Positions 37,341 to 49,557 of a DNA stretch of 64,000 bases are shown here, in pieces. Source of the DNA: Octopus sinensis (lineage: Eukaryota); NCBI RefSeq assembly GCF_006345805.1, contig NC_043000.1:99882001-99946000 (forward strand), given 5' to 3'. Position 1 is the stretch's first letter; each line of letters begins with the position of its first letter. The translations under genes and the position numbers were made by a program. The notes beneath the pieces are model-generated. The model worked only from the letters and a program-made list of their open reading frames with translations. It made no database searches and was not told where the DNA came from.

Positions 37341-37600
37341 CGACTAAATATTCTTCAAGGCGCTGCCCCAGCATGACCACAGTCTAATAATTGCAACAAG
37401 TAAAATTTTTTTAAGTTCTGGCATCGATACATTCGACTAAAATTTCTTCAAGGTGGCGCTCCAGCATCGCTGCAGTCTAATAACTGCAGCAACAAGTAAA
37501 AAAAAAAAAAAGAAAAAATTCTGGCTTCGATGCACCCGACTAAAAATTCTTCAAGGTGGTGCTCCAGCATGGCCACCGTCTAATGACTGAAATAAGTAAA
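37341..37600 (+). repeat. Three tandem copies of the SINE-A/CR1 3' tail
   Basis: cgactaaa..ttcttcaagg.g.tgc.ccagcat..c..cagtctaat at 37341, 37434, 37537. Confidence 0.85.
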
Positions 37601-38009
37601 ACACAACCGTGAGGCTTTTGTCCGAGGGGCTTTTGTCCTAAGGGGCTTTTGTTCTAGGAGGCTTTTGTCCTACACTCCTTGAAATGTATGCTCAAGGTAA
37701 GATTGAGTAATGTCTGTGGTTCCGGCCAATGATTGGTTGGAATTGAGATATCGGGTAAGATATCGGTTTTGTACAGAGAAAACCAACCCTATGAGTATTT
37801 AGCGCCTAAGGGGCTTGTCCACGTTACGCGTTACTTCGAGTAGTACGTTGCTGGTTGACTCTAGGGTGTCCGACCAGTCGTAAATTCCCTTTGTGTATTA
37901 TAATCAAATGAATAAAAATGCTGTTTCTTACTTGTCTTTTCTTATGTAACTTATAATGAAGAATACGTCAAAAGGCTGTAATCATCAGATGAGAACGTAA
38001 TTTTTACAG

Positions 38010-38054
38010 AGTGAACAGGTACCTCAGGAATGCAACAGAGATGTGTCTGTCGAG
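38010..38054 (+). other. Candidate 45-nt frame-preserving exon (SEQVPQECNRDVSVE in phase 0)
   Basis: aatttttacAG acceptor, GAG|GTGAGC donor. Confidence 0.35.
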
Positions 38055-38346
38055 GTGAGCTATGATAAGGAAATGACCAACAATGTTAGCCGTTAAAATG
38101 TAGTTCTGGAAAGAGTGTAATATGATATCTAAGGTCAGTGCCTCCGGGAGAGAAAAGAGTCTGTTAGAGTAGAACAGGGGTAGATTTGAGTGGGGTTTTG
38201 AAGATAATTTATAGTAGAGTGAGAATAGTGATGATTGGGAGAGGTAAAAAAAAAACATTAACGAAAAAAATAGATAAATGAATCGACCGTAAGAAACAAC
38301 TGTAATGAGCTGACACTTAACCATCGTGCACTTTTATTCATTTGAT

Positions 38347-38377
<31 letters not shown>

Positions 38378-38799
38378 ATGTGTGTGTGTGTACAAACATA
38401 CATATATGCATATTTATGTGTATAGATACATACATTCATATAGATAGATAGATGGACAGAGAGAGCGAGCGAGAGAAGAGAGAGAAAAAGTGAGAGAAAT
38501 GTGTGTGTGTGTGTGTGCGTGCGTGTGAACCATTGAAAAGTAGCCATAAAAGAAAAGAAAAAAAATCACAGAAGTGACCGCCATAGCTTGGAAACCAAGT
38601 TATTTCCCTTTACAACAGGCGGTTAATAAATCTGATACAGTTTGTTCCCTTACACCGCGCATTTTTATTGTACGATCTCTTGAGCATGTGATACCAGGAA
38701 AAAAATATGACCATATATGTATCAAAGTATTCGATATAAGAATGAAAGCAAATAACGCATACACACGCACACACACACGTTCACATATTCATTTAGCCG

Positions 38800-39130
38800 T
38801 AAGTGTGACTATGTGGTAAGAAGCTTGCATCCCAAGCACATCGTTGCGGGTTCAGTTACACTGCCTGACATCTTGGTGTAGTGTCTTCTACTATAGCCTC
38901 GCTCTGACCAATGTCTTATGAGTGGATTTAGTAGACTGAAACTGAAGGAAGCCACACACACACACACACACACACACATATGTGTGTGTAAGCGTGTGCG
39001 CCTCATCTGCTTGACAATCGGTGTTGGTATGTTTACGTCCCGTTAGTTACTGGTTCGGCAAAAGTGACCGATAGAATAAGGACCAGGTTTAAATAAGTTC
39101 CAGTATTGTGGTCAGCACATTCAACTTAAC
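38800..39130 (+). mobile_element. SINE family A, diverged
   Basis: gtgactatgtggtaagaagcttgc...gggttcagttacactgc...gaccgatagaataag. Confidence 0.85.
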
Positions 39131-39394
39131 GTTCCTCAAGGCAGTATCAGGACAGGATTTAAACCACAGGGAACCTGAGGTACTTCAAATTCAGTGGGCC
39201 CCCTCATGCACAAGATTTAAAATTTTGGGAAATTAGAAAATTTATATCTCAAAACCATGAAACACATGTAATTGTGTTTGACACTGTATCAGAGGAAGTT
39301 TATGGATTATGCAAAAACATAATCCAAAAGACAACAGTAATTAAGACCTTGGTTTCATCATAGACCAGCAATGATCATGGTGAGTTCCATTAGT

Positions 39395-40045
39395 AACCAT
39401 CACAGATCTGGGCATCACAGATGATACAGCTCTCTTATCTAACAGATCACTCATATCTAATAGGTCAAGCTCAACAGCTGTTCAGCACAGTGGAAGTATC
39501 AGCTGCTAAGATAGGACTGCACACAAACACCAAGAAAATGGAATACATGTCTTTCAACCAATCAAGTGATACTGAACTGTTTGTACTGAATGGTTCTAAA
39601 TTGAATGTTGCTGAAGACTTCAAATACTTAGGTGGTTGGATGAGCAGTTTGGAAGCAGGCATCAAGATCAGAAAGAAACAAGTATGGACAACCTGTCACA
39701 AATTTAAGAAACTGGAACATCAAACTGCCCAGGCAAATCAAAATGAAGCTGTTTATTGCAAGTGTTGAATCAATGCTATTACATGGTAAGGAAATATGGA
39801 CACTGACAAAGAAATTATCAAATAGGCCAAATGGATGCTACACAAGGATGCTACAAATGGCTCTAAATGTGAAATGGCAACAACAAATGACAAATGAATT
39901 GCCTTTATGAAGACCTGCTGAAAAATATTGCACAGAGACAGCTGCAACTGTCTGATCCCTGCGTGTGCCATCCCAACCTGGGTGCATCCAAATTAGTCTT
40001 GTGGAACCCACTTCATAGTCATGTAAGCAGAGGAAAACATTGTTA
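39395..40045 (+). mobile_element. Degraded RTE-clade LINE RT fragment
   Basis: DLGITDDTALLS, QAQQLFSTVEVSAAKIGLHTNTKKMEYM, VAEDFKYLGGWM, WTLTKKL..GCYTRMLQMALNVKWQQ. Confidence 0.8.
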
Positions 40046-40072
40046 CACATCGACAACTTGATTGCAGATACT

Positions 40073-41350
40073 GGCCAGATCTAGTTTTTTTACATTCACA
40101 AAATATGCATTTCTGAAAATCTGAAAATTGGCTATAATATTGTAGCCTTCCAATCTCATTGCTTTGAAGGCATGATGTCGCGGAGAAAAAAATTGGGGAA
40201 AAAAGTTACAGAGGTTTAAAAATCGAAGAAACTGTATATTTTTAGCCAATAGCGAGACAGAAATTTTCTGCATTTTGCAGAGTGGTGTCAACTTTAAGGT
40301 TATACCCTGTGAAATTTAGAGTTTAGTGTCTGACCTGTTGTTGTAGGTTTCTAAATAAACAGAAATATCTAATAAAATCAACATGTATCATCTCACTGTT
40401 TCTATTGTCTCTTTATTGATTGTATGTTTTTATTATTTTTTCAATTTGTTATAATAATATTTGTCTGCATATGTTTACTTCATGTGTATTTCAGTATTAT
40501 GTATACTTGTCATGTATTTGTGTACATCATTAATATATAAATGTATGTGGATGTATGTATTCATATATAAGTTTATATGTACATTTAAGCATTCGTGTGT
40601 GTGTGTGTGAAGGAGTTGTCTGTCTCTAAAACTTCAAAGTTGAGTAACATTTGCATGCTTGGATTTCTAAACTATGATAAGAATGACACTGGTCAACAAA
40701 GAATTTGTCCCAAGGAAAATAATACCTGTATCTTATATGTTTTTGCATGCAGAATTCAAAAATAATGTCAAATTATCTGTATCATTCACAGTTTCTCTGT
40801 TCCATGATATATCTCTGAGTTCCTGTTACGTGGGCTAAGTTTCAGTTAAGCTGTTGAAATGTGAAGCTAACAGTTTAAATAATACTTCTAATTTAAATTT
40901 TTATAAACAGAATTAACCTAGTGAAATCATAAATCCTGCTATCTGAGTCAATGAATCCCCAAAATATATGAAGTAAAAAATATGTAAAAATACTAACACA
41001 CAGAAAAGTTAAGACAAAACACACAGGTGAAAAGAATCTTGTGGTGTGAAGAATTAAGCGTGAAAAATCAATATAGACAACAGCGGCACAGAAAACAGTG
41101 AATCACAACACAGCATGTGGTTGTCATGGTAACAAGCTGCTAACACCATGCTGTCTGTTGATTGGCTAAAACTACCCAAATTTCCCAACTTTAATGCCAA
41201 ATAACATCAAATTCTTTAATTTACGAGATAGAATAATTGGTTGATTGCAAGCAAAATTCAGAGTTGCATCGATACATCAAAATTGAAAGCAATCTGAATA
41301 AAATTAAGGGGGCTCATTTTGCGAATGAGAAAGACTAGATCCCACTAGCC
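40073..41350. mobile_element. Non-autonomous TIR element (GATCTAGT...CATTCACAAAAT ends) carrying RFX and CCAAT motifs
   Basis: Left agatctagt....cattcacaaaat vs right attttgcgaatg....actagatc; 41000-41330 homologous to 48830-49140. Confidence 0.6.
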
Positions 41351-43225
41351 TCAAATATATCCAGGACCTCAAAGTAGTGATGATAGACAGAGAAGTGTGG
41401 CAAGTAGACTTTGTTGCCATAATAATAAATAACCCAGCTGTAATGATAAATAATATTCTGAAAGTCTGTTTGTGGGGCACAATGAGTAACATTTACTGTA
41501 TTTTTGACTTTGAGAAAAAATTATTTTTATAAATGTTCACTATCTTACAAAAACTACATCGGCTAATCAACTAAATGCATTAAAAACCACTATAACATAT
41601 TCAGAACTCTATGTCAGAAAATTACCTCCGTTCTCTACAAGCATATATAAAAGACAAATTTAGGTGGGTCAAAATGAGTAAGAAAAGATAAGGTAAATTT
41701 GCCTCTTCAATTCTCCAGAATTACATTTGGTTAAAACTCATACACATCAATATCTAGGTCAAACGAAAGGGAATCATGGGAAAATGTCATAATATGAAAT
41801 TAACAAAGCTTGACAAAATCAAAATACTCGACATAAAATATTCTCTATAGTTTCTTTACTATCTGCTGGAGTGGTTCTCTGCAGAATTCTGGTTTAAGCA
41901 CCTCATATAACCCTTTATAACTATTTCAGTTTTCTGAATTTTCAAAGCACGCGAGGATTCATACAACTATAAAAAATTTTTTTTAATTCTTAGAATTTTT
42001 ATTTTTCTAATTACAGACAGTCCTAAATTTTGACTTCAATCCCAGCAATAGCCCATTAAACATGTTTATGGGGAGAAAGATATTGAAAAACATCAGTACA
42101 TCAGAGTTACAAAGAAACAAGAAGGGTATCAGGTGGCCGTGAGAGGTGCTAAAAATAACAGCTAAATAGCCCTTAAATCAGACACAAAAACATTTTTTCC
42201 TTTTGTTTTTTTCATAGTTGTATGAATTCCCATGTGTAGAATACAAATTTGCAAAACTTTTCTGAAGATTCCAAAAAACTAGAAAAAGTAATGAGATGTT
42301 ATATGGGATACTTAAAGCAGAATTCCACCTGGATCTCTTCCTGATACATTTATGCACCATTCAGTTAAACAGAGGAGATTACTAAAATTAGTCATTACTA
42401 ATTTTGCCCCAGTTTAGACATCAGTTTTTGAAAATTGAAAATTGAAAATTATCAAATTAGACATTAGTGTGAGAAAAATTGACTTGGAACTCAACAGAGG
42501 AAAGAATTTGGATTGTTGATCATCCCAAATTGTTTAGATATTTTATTAACAACCTCAACTACAACTGGGTCAAAGTTGAGGGAAAATTTCTTGAAAATAA
42601 GTACCTGCTACCTGATGGTTTCAAACTGCCTCAACTGCAACAACAACAATGGTAGCCAATGTTTATTCCCAAAGATGATGCAAGAGTACAAAATGGTGAT
42701 GCAATACTTGCTATGTAATGTTTTCAGACAAATAGTGAGAAAATAATGAGAAATTGGTTATAACTCATTTTGCCCCTGTAGTTATTTCAAATACTTGACA
42801 AAATGAGGAAAATAGTGAAAAGGAAAGAAGAAAAAGACTCAGTTTAATGAAAACATGTGAGCATAAAAGTAATAATTCTAAAGCTGACAAAAAAAAAAAA
42901 AAAAAAAAAACAGAAATGCTTTGAGCTGTTGAGAGAGGTAATTTTATAATTAAAAGTAAATTCAAGATTTAAGTTTTGGAAAATATTACTTACTTGCTCT
43001 TTCATAAAATGAAACCAGTTTTCAATGCCTCCCTGAAATAATGTTTACAATGGCAATATGTGTGTGTATGTGTGTAAGTTTCTTTAATGGCCAGTGGTTA
43101 ATCTAAGGTCACTGTGCACAGTCATGCACCGAAAGAAAGAATTTGAATTAGTGAGGATAAATAACTTCTTTTTATCAATCTATCTATATTTATATACATC
43201 CATGCTCTCTCTCTCTCTCTCTCGT

Positions 43226-43520
43226 GGAGGCACAATAGCCCAGTGGTTAGGGCAGCGGACTTGCAGTTGGAGGATCACAGTCGGAGGATCACGGTTTTGA
43301 TTCCCAGACTAGGCGTTGTGTGTGTTTATTGAGCAAAAACACCTAAAAGCTCCGACAGGGGGTGGTGGTGACCCCTGTTATACTCCTTCACCCCAACTTT
43401 CTCTCACTCTCTATTCCTGTTTCTTGAGTAACGCTGAGATGGACTGGTGTCCCGTCCAGCTGTGGAGGAACAACATATGCCACAGAAACCAGGAAACCAG
43501 GCCCATGAACCTGAAAAGGG
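43226..43520 (+). mobile_element. SINE family C
   Basis: ggcacaatagcccagtggttagggcagcggac...ggttttgattccc; body matches 23251-23560. Confidence 0.85.
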
Positions 43521-43993
43521 TGTATAAATAAAAAAAAAATGCCCTCTCTCACTCACACACACAAACACACACACACACACACACACACACATTCACAGAT
43601 ACATACATACATCTATTAGAGTGTTTTGTTGTTTTTTGTAAATATCTCAAAAGAAACTACAGTTCCCATGAGAATTGTGGATGCTTTGGGAATGGTAAGC
43701 AAATTGATTGATGTCAGTAATGTAGTTAGAACTGGTTATTTATTAAAAAGGAGGGTCCATAACATTTTTTTATGCTTGTTTATTGAAAGAGAACCTCTGT
43801 ATGCATGATTGCTGAGAGGTGAGTTCCCCACTATATTGAGTGCCACATACCTTTCATAGGAGGGCCATATATCTGTGGATGCCTGGGGCATTTGCCTTCT
43901 TCTACCCACTATAAATCCAGCCCGATACCCCAGTATGGCTGCAGTCTAATGACTGAAAGAAGTAAAAAGAAAAAGATGTATTTGTGTATGTAT

Positions 43994-44046
<53 letters not shown>

Positions 44047-44129
44047 TACATACATACACACACATGTATATGTGTGTGTGTGTGTGTGTGTGCACAAGTG
44101 ACTAGATAAATGACAGAAACAAATCTAGC

Positions 44130-44745
44130 AGGAGGTGTATACTTTTATTTGTCTCAATCATTTGACTGAGGCCTTGACAGAGTTTTGTCGAACAAATCAA
44201 CCCCTGTACTTACACTAATCATTTAAGACCTGGTACTTGTATCAGCCCCTACTGCTAAGTTACGGCGACTTAAACGCCCCAACTCGGTTGTCAAGCAGTG
44301 GTGACACACACACACACATACACACATACAGAACGGGTTTCTTTTTTGTTTCCGATTACCGGATTCACTCACAAGGTTTTGGTTGGCCCGAGGCTATAGT
44401 AGTGGTACTGAACCAGGGACCATATGGTTGGGAACCAAACTTCTCACCCTGCAGCTATGCCTGCACCATTATATTATATATATATTATGTATCATCTCTC
44501 TCTCTCACATGCACACGAACAGACACACACACACACACACGCATGCGTGTGTGTATATACTCTTTACTCTTTTACTCTTTCACCTGTTTCAGTCATTTGA
44601 CTTTAGTCGAGCAAATCGACCCCAGGAATTATTCCTTGGAAGCCTAGTACTTATTTTATCGGTCTCTTTTGCTGAACCGCTAATTTACGGGGATGTAAAC
44701 ACACCAGCATCGGTTGTCAAGCGATGTTGGGGGGACAAAGGAAAG
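44130..44745 (-). mobile_element. Two SINE family A fragments (44130-44462, 44565-44745)
   Basis: tgctaagttacggcga, ttcactcacaagg, tttcacctgtttcagtcatttgac, accgctaatttacggggatgtaaacacacc. Confidence 0.8.
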
Positions 44746-44756
44746 CGCCTTAACCA

Positions 44757-44882
44757 GTCGTGGTAGAAGGCATTCCATCTCATTCGCCTTATTTCTCTAG
44801 CAGCATTCGAATGTAGAGCTCATTAGATGGTGCAGGTATATTCTTAGTAGAGTTCCCGAGGTCAAAACGTTCCATATTCATG
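44757..44882 (-). mobile_element. N-terminal fragment of a second PLE-type ORF
   Basis: MERFDLGNSTKNIPAPSNELYIRMLLEK / RRMRWNAFY resembles the SxKNIPxP...LIxK...RMRWKA start of some PLE RT ORFs (recognised from memory). Confidence 0.5.
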
Positions 44883-45509
44883 AGACACCAAGTAGTTTCC
44901 GTAAATATGTATAAGTGTAGCCTACTGCTCAGCTATTTAATACAAACCACGTGGTCTTTGTAAAACACTCTAAGTTATAGAGCAGTATATAATATAAAGT
45001 TAGAAAAAGCCGGTTTATGGGATTATCCTGGTTTTCACGCCCATAAAGCGTTTAGCTTTACGGCGTATCATCAGATCTTAAGGCCTCTCTGGCAAGTGAC
45101 CTCTCTAGAATATTGCTATAGATTCGTAATGCATCTTACGGCTGTGCGTGTCACCTGGATGGTGAGGAATACTACATTGGGAGTGGTAACGACTAGGGTA
45201 CTGTAGCTGACTGCTTATTGTGATCATTCGTCTTTTGGTTTCCTGTAGCTTTGCTCTCTTTTACAAACCCAGTGAACATATATTTCCTATTTCAAAGAAA
45301 TTCAAACAATAGTTATAGGACCCAAGTTAAAAAGATTCTCAACAATTCAACTTCTCTGGTTGACATTAAGACGCCCACCCCCAAAAGGGGCCTTAACTTT
45401 CACATTTTAGAGCTCCACGACCTCCATTTTTCAGGAGTAAAATCCTTTTAACAGGTTCTATAAGACTGGAATTTTGGAATATGCACATAAAAATCAGTAG
45501 TATTGGATA

Positions 45510-47121
45510 ATAATGTTCGTCCTTCGGGTTCGAAGATGACCATTGACATCATTTGGTGGAATTGCTGCTATGAGACCGGAGGTGGCTGGTGAGGCCAACC
45601 CGGGCAAGAAAGCCCCTCCCACAGGTGGGGCAGAAGTGGGTAGGGGCTGTGCTATTGGTGCAGGTGGCTCTGGCTTTCCGCATCTGGCGTTTCTGTTCTG
45701 CTGACTGAATCCGTCTCTCCTCAGCTGTCTTTGCTCCTGTGGTGATTGCGCTGCGCCAGGATGAGCGGTCGGCAGCAAGTGTCTCCCAAGTCTCTGTGCC
45801 GATGGAGAAGTCTTTGAGAGAGACTTTGAAACTGTCCTTGAAGCACTTCTGCCCTCCGACTTTGCGTTTGCCCTGGCTGAGTTCAGCGTAGAAGAGGTGT
45901 TTTGGGATGCGAGTGTCGGACATGCGGGAGACGTGGCTTGCCCATCTCAGCTGAGCCTTGCGCATGATCGTGATGGTGCTAGGGAGATCTGCCTGCTTCA
46001 GAACTTCCGTGTCTGGGACTTTGTCCTGCCAGCGGATGTGAAGGAGGTTCCGAAGACACCTGAGGTGGAAGTGGTTTATCTGGCGCTCGTGCCTTCGGTA
46101 AGCAGTCCACGTCTCGCAGCCGTATAGTAGGGTGGTAAGCACGACTGCCCGGTAGACTTTCAGCTTGGTGTTGAGGCTGATTCCTCTCCGCTCCCAGACT
46201 TTCTTTCGCAGTCTCCCAAACGCGCTGCTTGCCTTGGAGATTCTGTTGATGATTTCAGCATCTATGTTGGCATTGCAGGAGAGAGTGCTGCCCAGGTAGG
46301 TGAAGTTTTCCACCGCTCGTAGGATCCGTCCGTTCACCTTTATCTGAGGCTCATGGTATTGTTTGCCGGGGGCTGGCTGAAACATCACTTCGGTTTTCTT
46401 GGCACTGATGGTGAGACCGAAGTTGTCACAGGCTGATGAGAACCTGTCCATCCCGAGCTGCATCTCCTGCTCATCGATTGCGTTAAGGGCGCAGTCGTCA
46501 ACAAAGAGAAAGTCTCTGACGACTGTCTCCTTCACCTTTGTGACGGCCTGCAATCTTCTGGAGTTGAAAAGTTTCCCGTCCGTCCTGTACTTGATGTCGA
46601 TACCGGACTTGCAGTCCCTGAAGGCGTCGGACAGCATTGCCGAGAACATGATGCTGAACAGTGTTGGGGCCAGGACACAGCCCTGCCTGACTCCGTTGGT
46701 CACCTGGAAGACTTCAGATGAGTTGCCGTCTTCAAGGACTCTGGCTGTCATTCCGTCGTGGAACTGGCGGACAATTGCAATAAATTTGCTGGGGCAACCA
46801 AATTTTCCCATGACCTTCCAGAGTCCCTCCCGACTGACTGTATCGAAAGCCCTGGTGAGGTCAACAAAGGTCATGCAGAGGTCAAGGTGCTGCTCCATGC
46901 ATTTCTCCTGGAGCTAGCGGGCGGTGAATATCATGTCAGTGGTCCCTCGACCCGCGCGGAAGCCACACTGGCTCTCAGGGAGAAGGCCTTGCTCCAAGTG
47001 TTCCAGAAGGCGGTCAAGCAGGACTCGGGCCAGGATCTTGCCTGCTATGGACAAGAGGGAGATTCCTCGGTGGTTGTCGCAGGACTGCCGATCTCCTTTC
47101 CACTTATAAATGTGGACGATT
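45510..47121 (-). mobile_element. 5'-truncated RTE (BovB-like) LINE, young; candidate 10-bp TSD
   Basis: 3' UTR with short (ATT) tail; gtattggata 45500-45509 vs gtatgggata 47122-47131 (1 mismatch). Confidence 0.92.
45549..47121 (-). pseudogene. RTE RT + C-terminal C2H2 finger, continuous frame with one premature stop
   Basis: NHRGISLLSIAGKILAR, PESQCGFRAGRGTTDMIFTAR*(TAG 46914-46916)LQEKCMEQH, FVDLTRAFDTV, GVRQGCVLAPTLF, FLFVDD (expected FADD), FTYLGS, CPTCGRGFLARVGLTSHLRSH. Confidence 0.95.
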
Positions 47122-47472
47122 GTATGGGATACATGTAGCACGATTACAATCTTTTTAGGGTGTGTGGATTGCCTCTGTTAGAAAAAGAGACCAAGTACTC
47201 CACGAATCATGCCCTACAATCTAAGAAAAAGTGACGAGATTGTCATGACTGATCCTAGGAGGTATCGATCATTGCTGATCTTGGGTCAAGTTACAGCAGA
47301 AGTGACTACAACAACAACAACAGCAACAACAGTAATAATAATAACAAATATTGGCGTTTTTGCTAAAACTGTTTACAGTGTTATCCATTGGAAGGGTTGG
47401 TCTCATGGTTATATCAAAGGCAGAACCAGAATATCTTCACACTTCAAAAAAAATAAAAAAAACATAAAAATG

Positions 47473-47632
47473 CGCAGGAGTGGCTGTGTGGTAAGAAGTT
47501 TGTTTCCCAGCCACATGGTTCCGGGTTCAGTCCCACTGCATGGCACCTCGGGTAAGTGTCTTCTACTATAGCCTCGTGTGAACCAAAGCATTGTGAACAG
47601 ATGTGGTAGACGGGCACTTAAAGAAGCCCATC

Positions 47633-47671
<39 letters not shown>

Positions 47672-47825
47672 TATACATTTATGTGTGTGTGTATGTGTGT
47701 GTATGCAAAAGAGACCGATAGAATAAGTGCTAGGCTTGCAAAGAATAAGTCCTGGGGGCGATTTGTTCGATTAAAGTCGGTGCTCCAGTATGGCCGCAGT
47801 CAAATTACTGAAACAGGTAAGAGAA
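47473..47825 (+). mobile_element. SINE family A, internally deleted
   Basis: gcgcaggagtggctgtgtggtaagaag...ccgggttcagtcccactgc...gctccagtatggccgcagtcaaattactgaaac. Confidence 0.9.
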
Positions 47826-47869
47826 TATACGAAAAACGAATGCTGATGGAACTTTTGGATTAAAAACAG

Positions 47870-49190
47870 CAACTTGGTGCAAACACGATAAACTGGATAT
47901 TGCTCTTTCAGACAATGAACAAAAAATAGCACCAGGAATGTGAATGGCGTATCAAGTGGGGATTGCAGCGGGGGGATTACATCTATAGTGAATTATTGAT
48001 TAGCTTACAGCTCTTGCATCCGGATTATAGACTGTCATTTCCATAAGAGTTACTCGGATATGCAATAATAAATTTGCCCAGAAGCCCCGAATTCCTAGGT
48101 TTATCCAAGATGAAAATAAATTGACATAAGTACTCATAATATAAGCTATTAGTGGTACAAACTGGATCTAGTTAAACTGATTCACAAAATCACCCCTCTT
48201 TAATTTTGCTCAGATTGCTTTCAATTTTGGTGTATCGATGCAACTCTGAATTTTGACTACGATTAACTAATTACTTTATCTCATAAATTAAAGAATCTGA
48301 TGTTATTTGGAATTAAATTTCATCAGAATTAAATTTCATCGGAATTAAAGTTCATCATTCTAGTTGCATAATCAACTTAACTGGTTACACATTCAGCTGG
48401 TACTTATTTTATCACCCCTCAAAGAATGAAAGGCAATGTCTTTCAAAAGATGAACGGTAAACATCCATTTCCTTTAGTTTTTGTTCACTTATACACATCA
48501 GCAAATGAGCCAATGAGGTAATCTCTGTAAGGCTGTTCAATTTGCTAGAAATAACAGCCAAGTCTCCCTCATATTATGCTCTAACATTTTAAAAATGAAG
48601 GACACATTAAATAATGTTGTTCTATATTTTCAATAGAAATACAGAATGGTTCATTCTGGCCTGTTCTGGATTGAAACTGAAAGGTATTCGTTGCAACAAA
48701 TATAAACATAGAAAAACTTCACGAAATATATGTAAATATATGTATGAAAAATATATGAAAAACTGTAAAATATTAAGGCTATTGACGAAAAATATCTACA
48801 ATAAAATTCTGTTTGATAAATGTAAATCTTTATAAAAACAAAACACGCGGGTGACGTAAATCTCGTGGTGTGAAGAATCTGCACAAGACAACGTGCAGGT
48901 GAAGTGAAACACAACACAACGTGCAGGTGTTATGGTAACAAGCTGTTAATGCCATGCTGTCTGTTGATTGGCTAAAATTACCGAAATTTTGCCAACTTTA
49001 ATTTCAAAATAATATCAGTTTCTTTAATTTACGAGATAAAGTAATTGGTTGATCGTAATCAAAATTCAGATTTGCATCGAGACGCCAAAATTGAAAGCAA
49101 TCTGAGCAAAATCGACGGGGGCTCATTTTGTGAATCAATTTAACTAGATTCATGAAACATTCCAAGGATTCTCCATTTGAGGTTCCGGGA
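47870..49190 (+). mobile_element. Second RLE-type LINE 3' fragment, interrupted by the 48163-49152 element
   Basis: KHDKLDIALSDNEQK, QLLHPDYRLSF..LLGY; ...AISGT (48145-48158) resumes as aaacattccaaggattctccatttgag (49154-), matching 22575-22600. Confidence 0.6.
48163..49152. mobile_element. MITE-like element with ~150-bp TIRs (two copies of the right end of the 40073 family)
   Basis: 48163-48325 reverse-complementary to ~48990-49152. Confidence 0.85.
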
Positions 49191-49557
49191 ATGAACATAT
49201 ATACAAACACCTAATTATTGCAACACATTACGTAATACGTAATGAAAAAAATACAGATGTGAACTAAAGGGACATGCGCAAACATCCAAAGAGAGCAAGT
49301 ATAACCATACATGTGCCTACATATATACACTGCAATATACATACATTTCCACAAATCCCAGGAACTGATTTGACTTTAAAAAACCCAATCACTTTGTTAG
49401 TAACAGGTTTGAAACCTAGAAGGAAAAAATGAAATAAGAATAAACTATGTGGTTATAAATACATATCTGCATGCATACATATGTACATAATACAGACATA
49501 CATACATGTATGTGTATATATAGGTATGCATGTATATATATATATATATATATATAT

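Noticed and set aside
45897-47138. Plus-strand ORFs 45897-46127, 46399-46917, 46758-47138
   Set aside because: Antisense shadows of the GC-rich RTE ORF; same for 5463-5747 and 8100-8405 against the PLE
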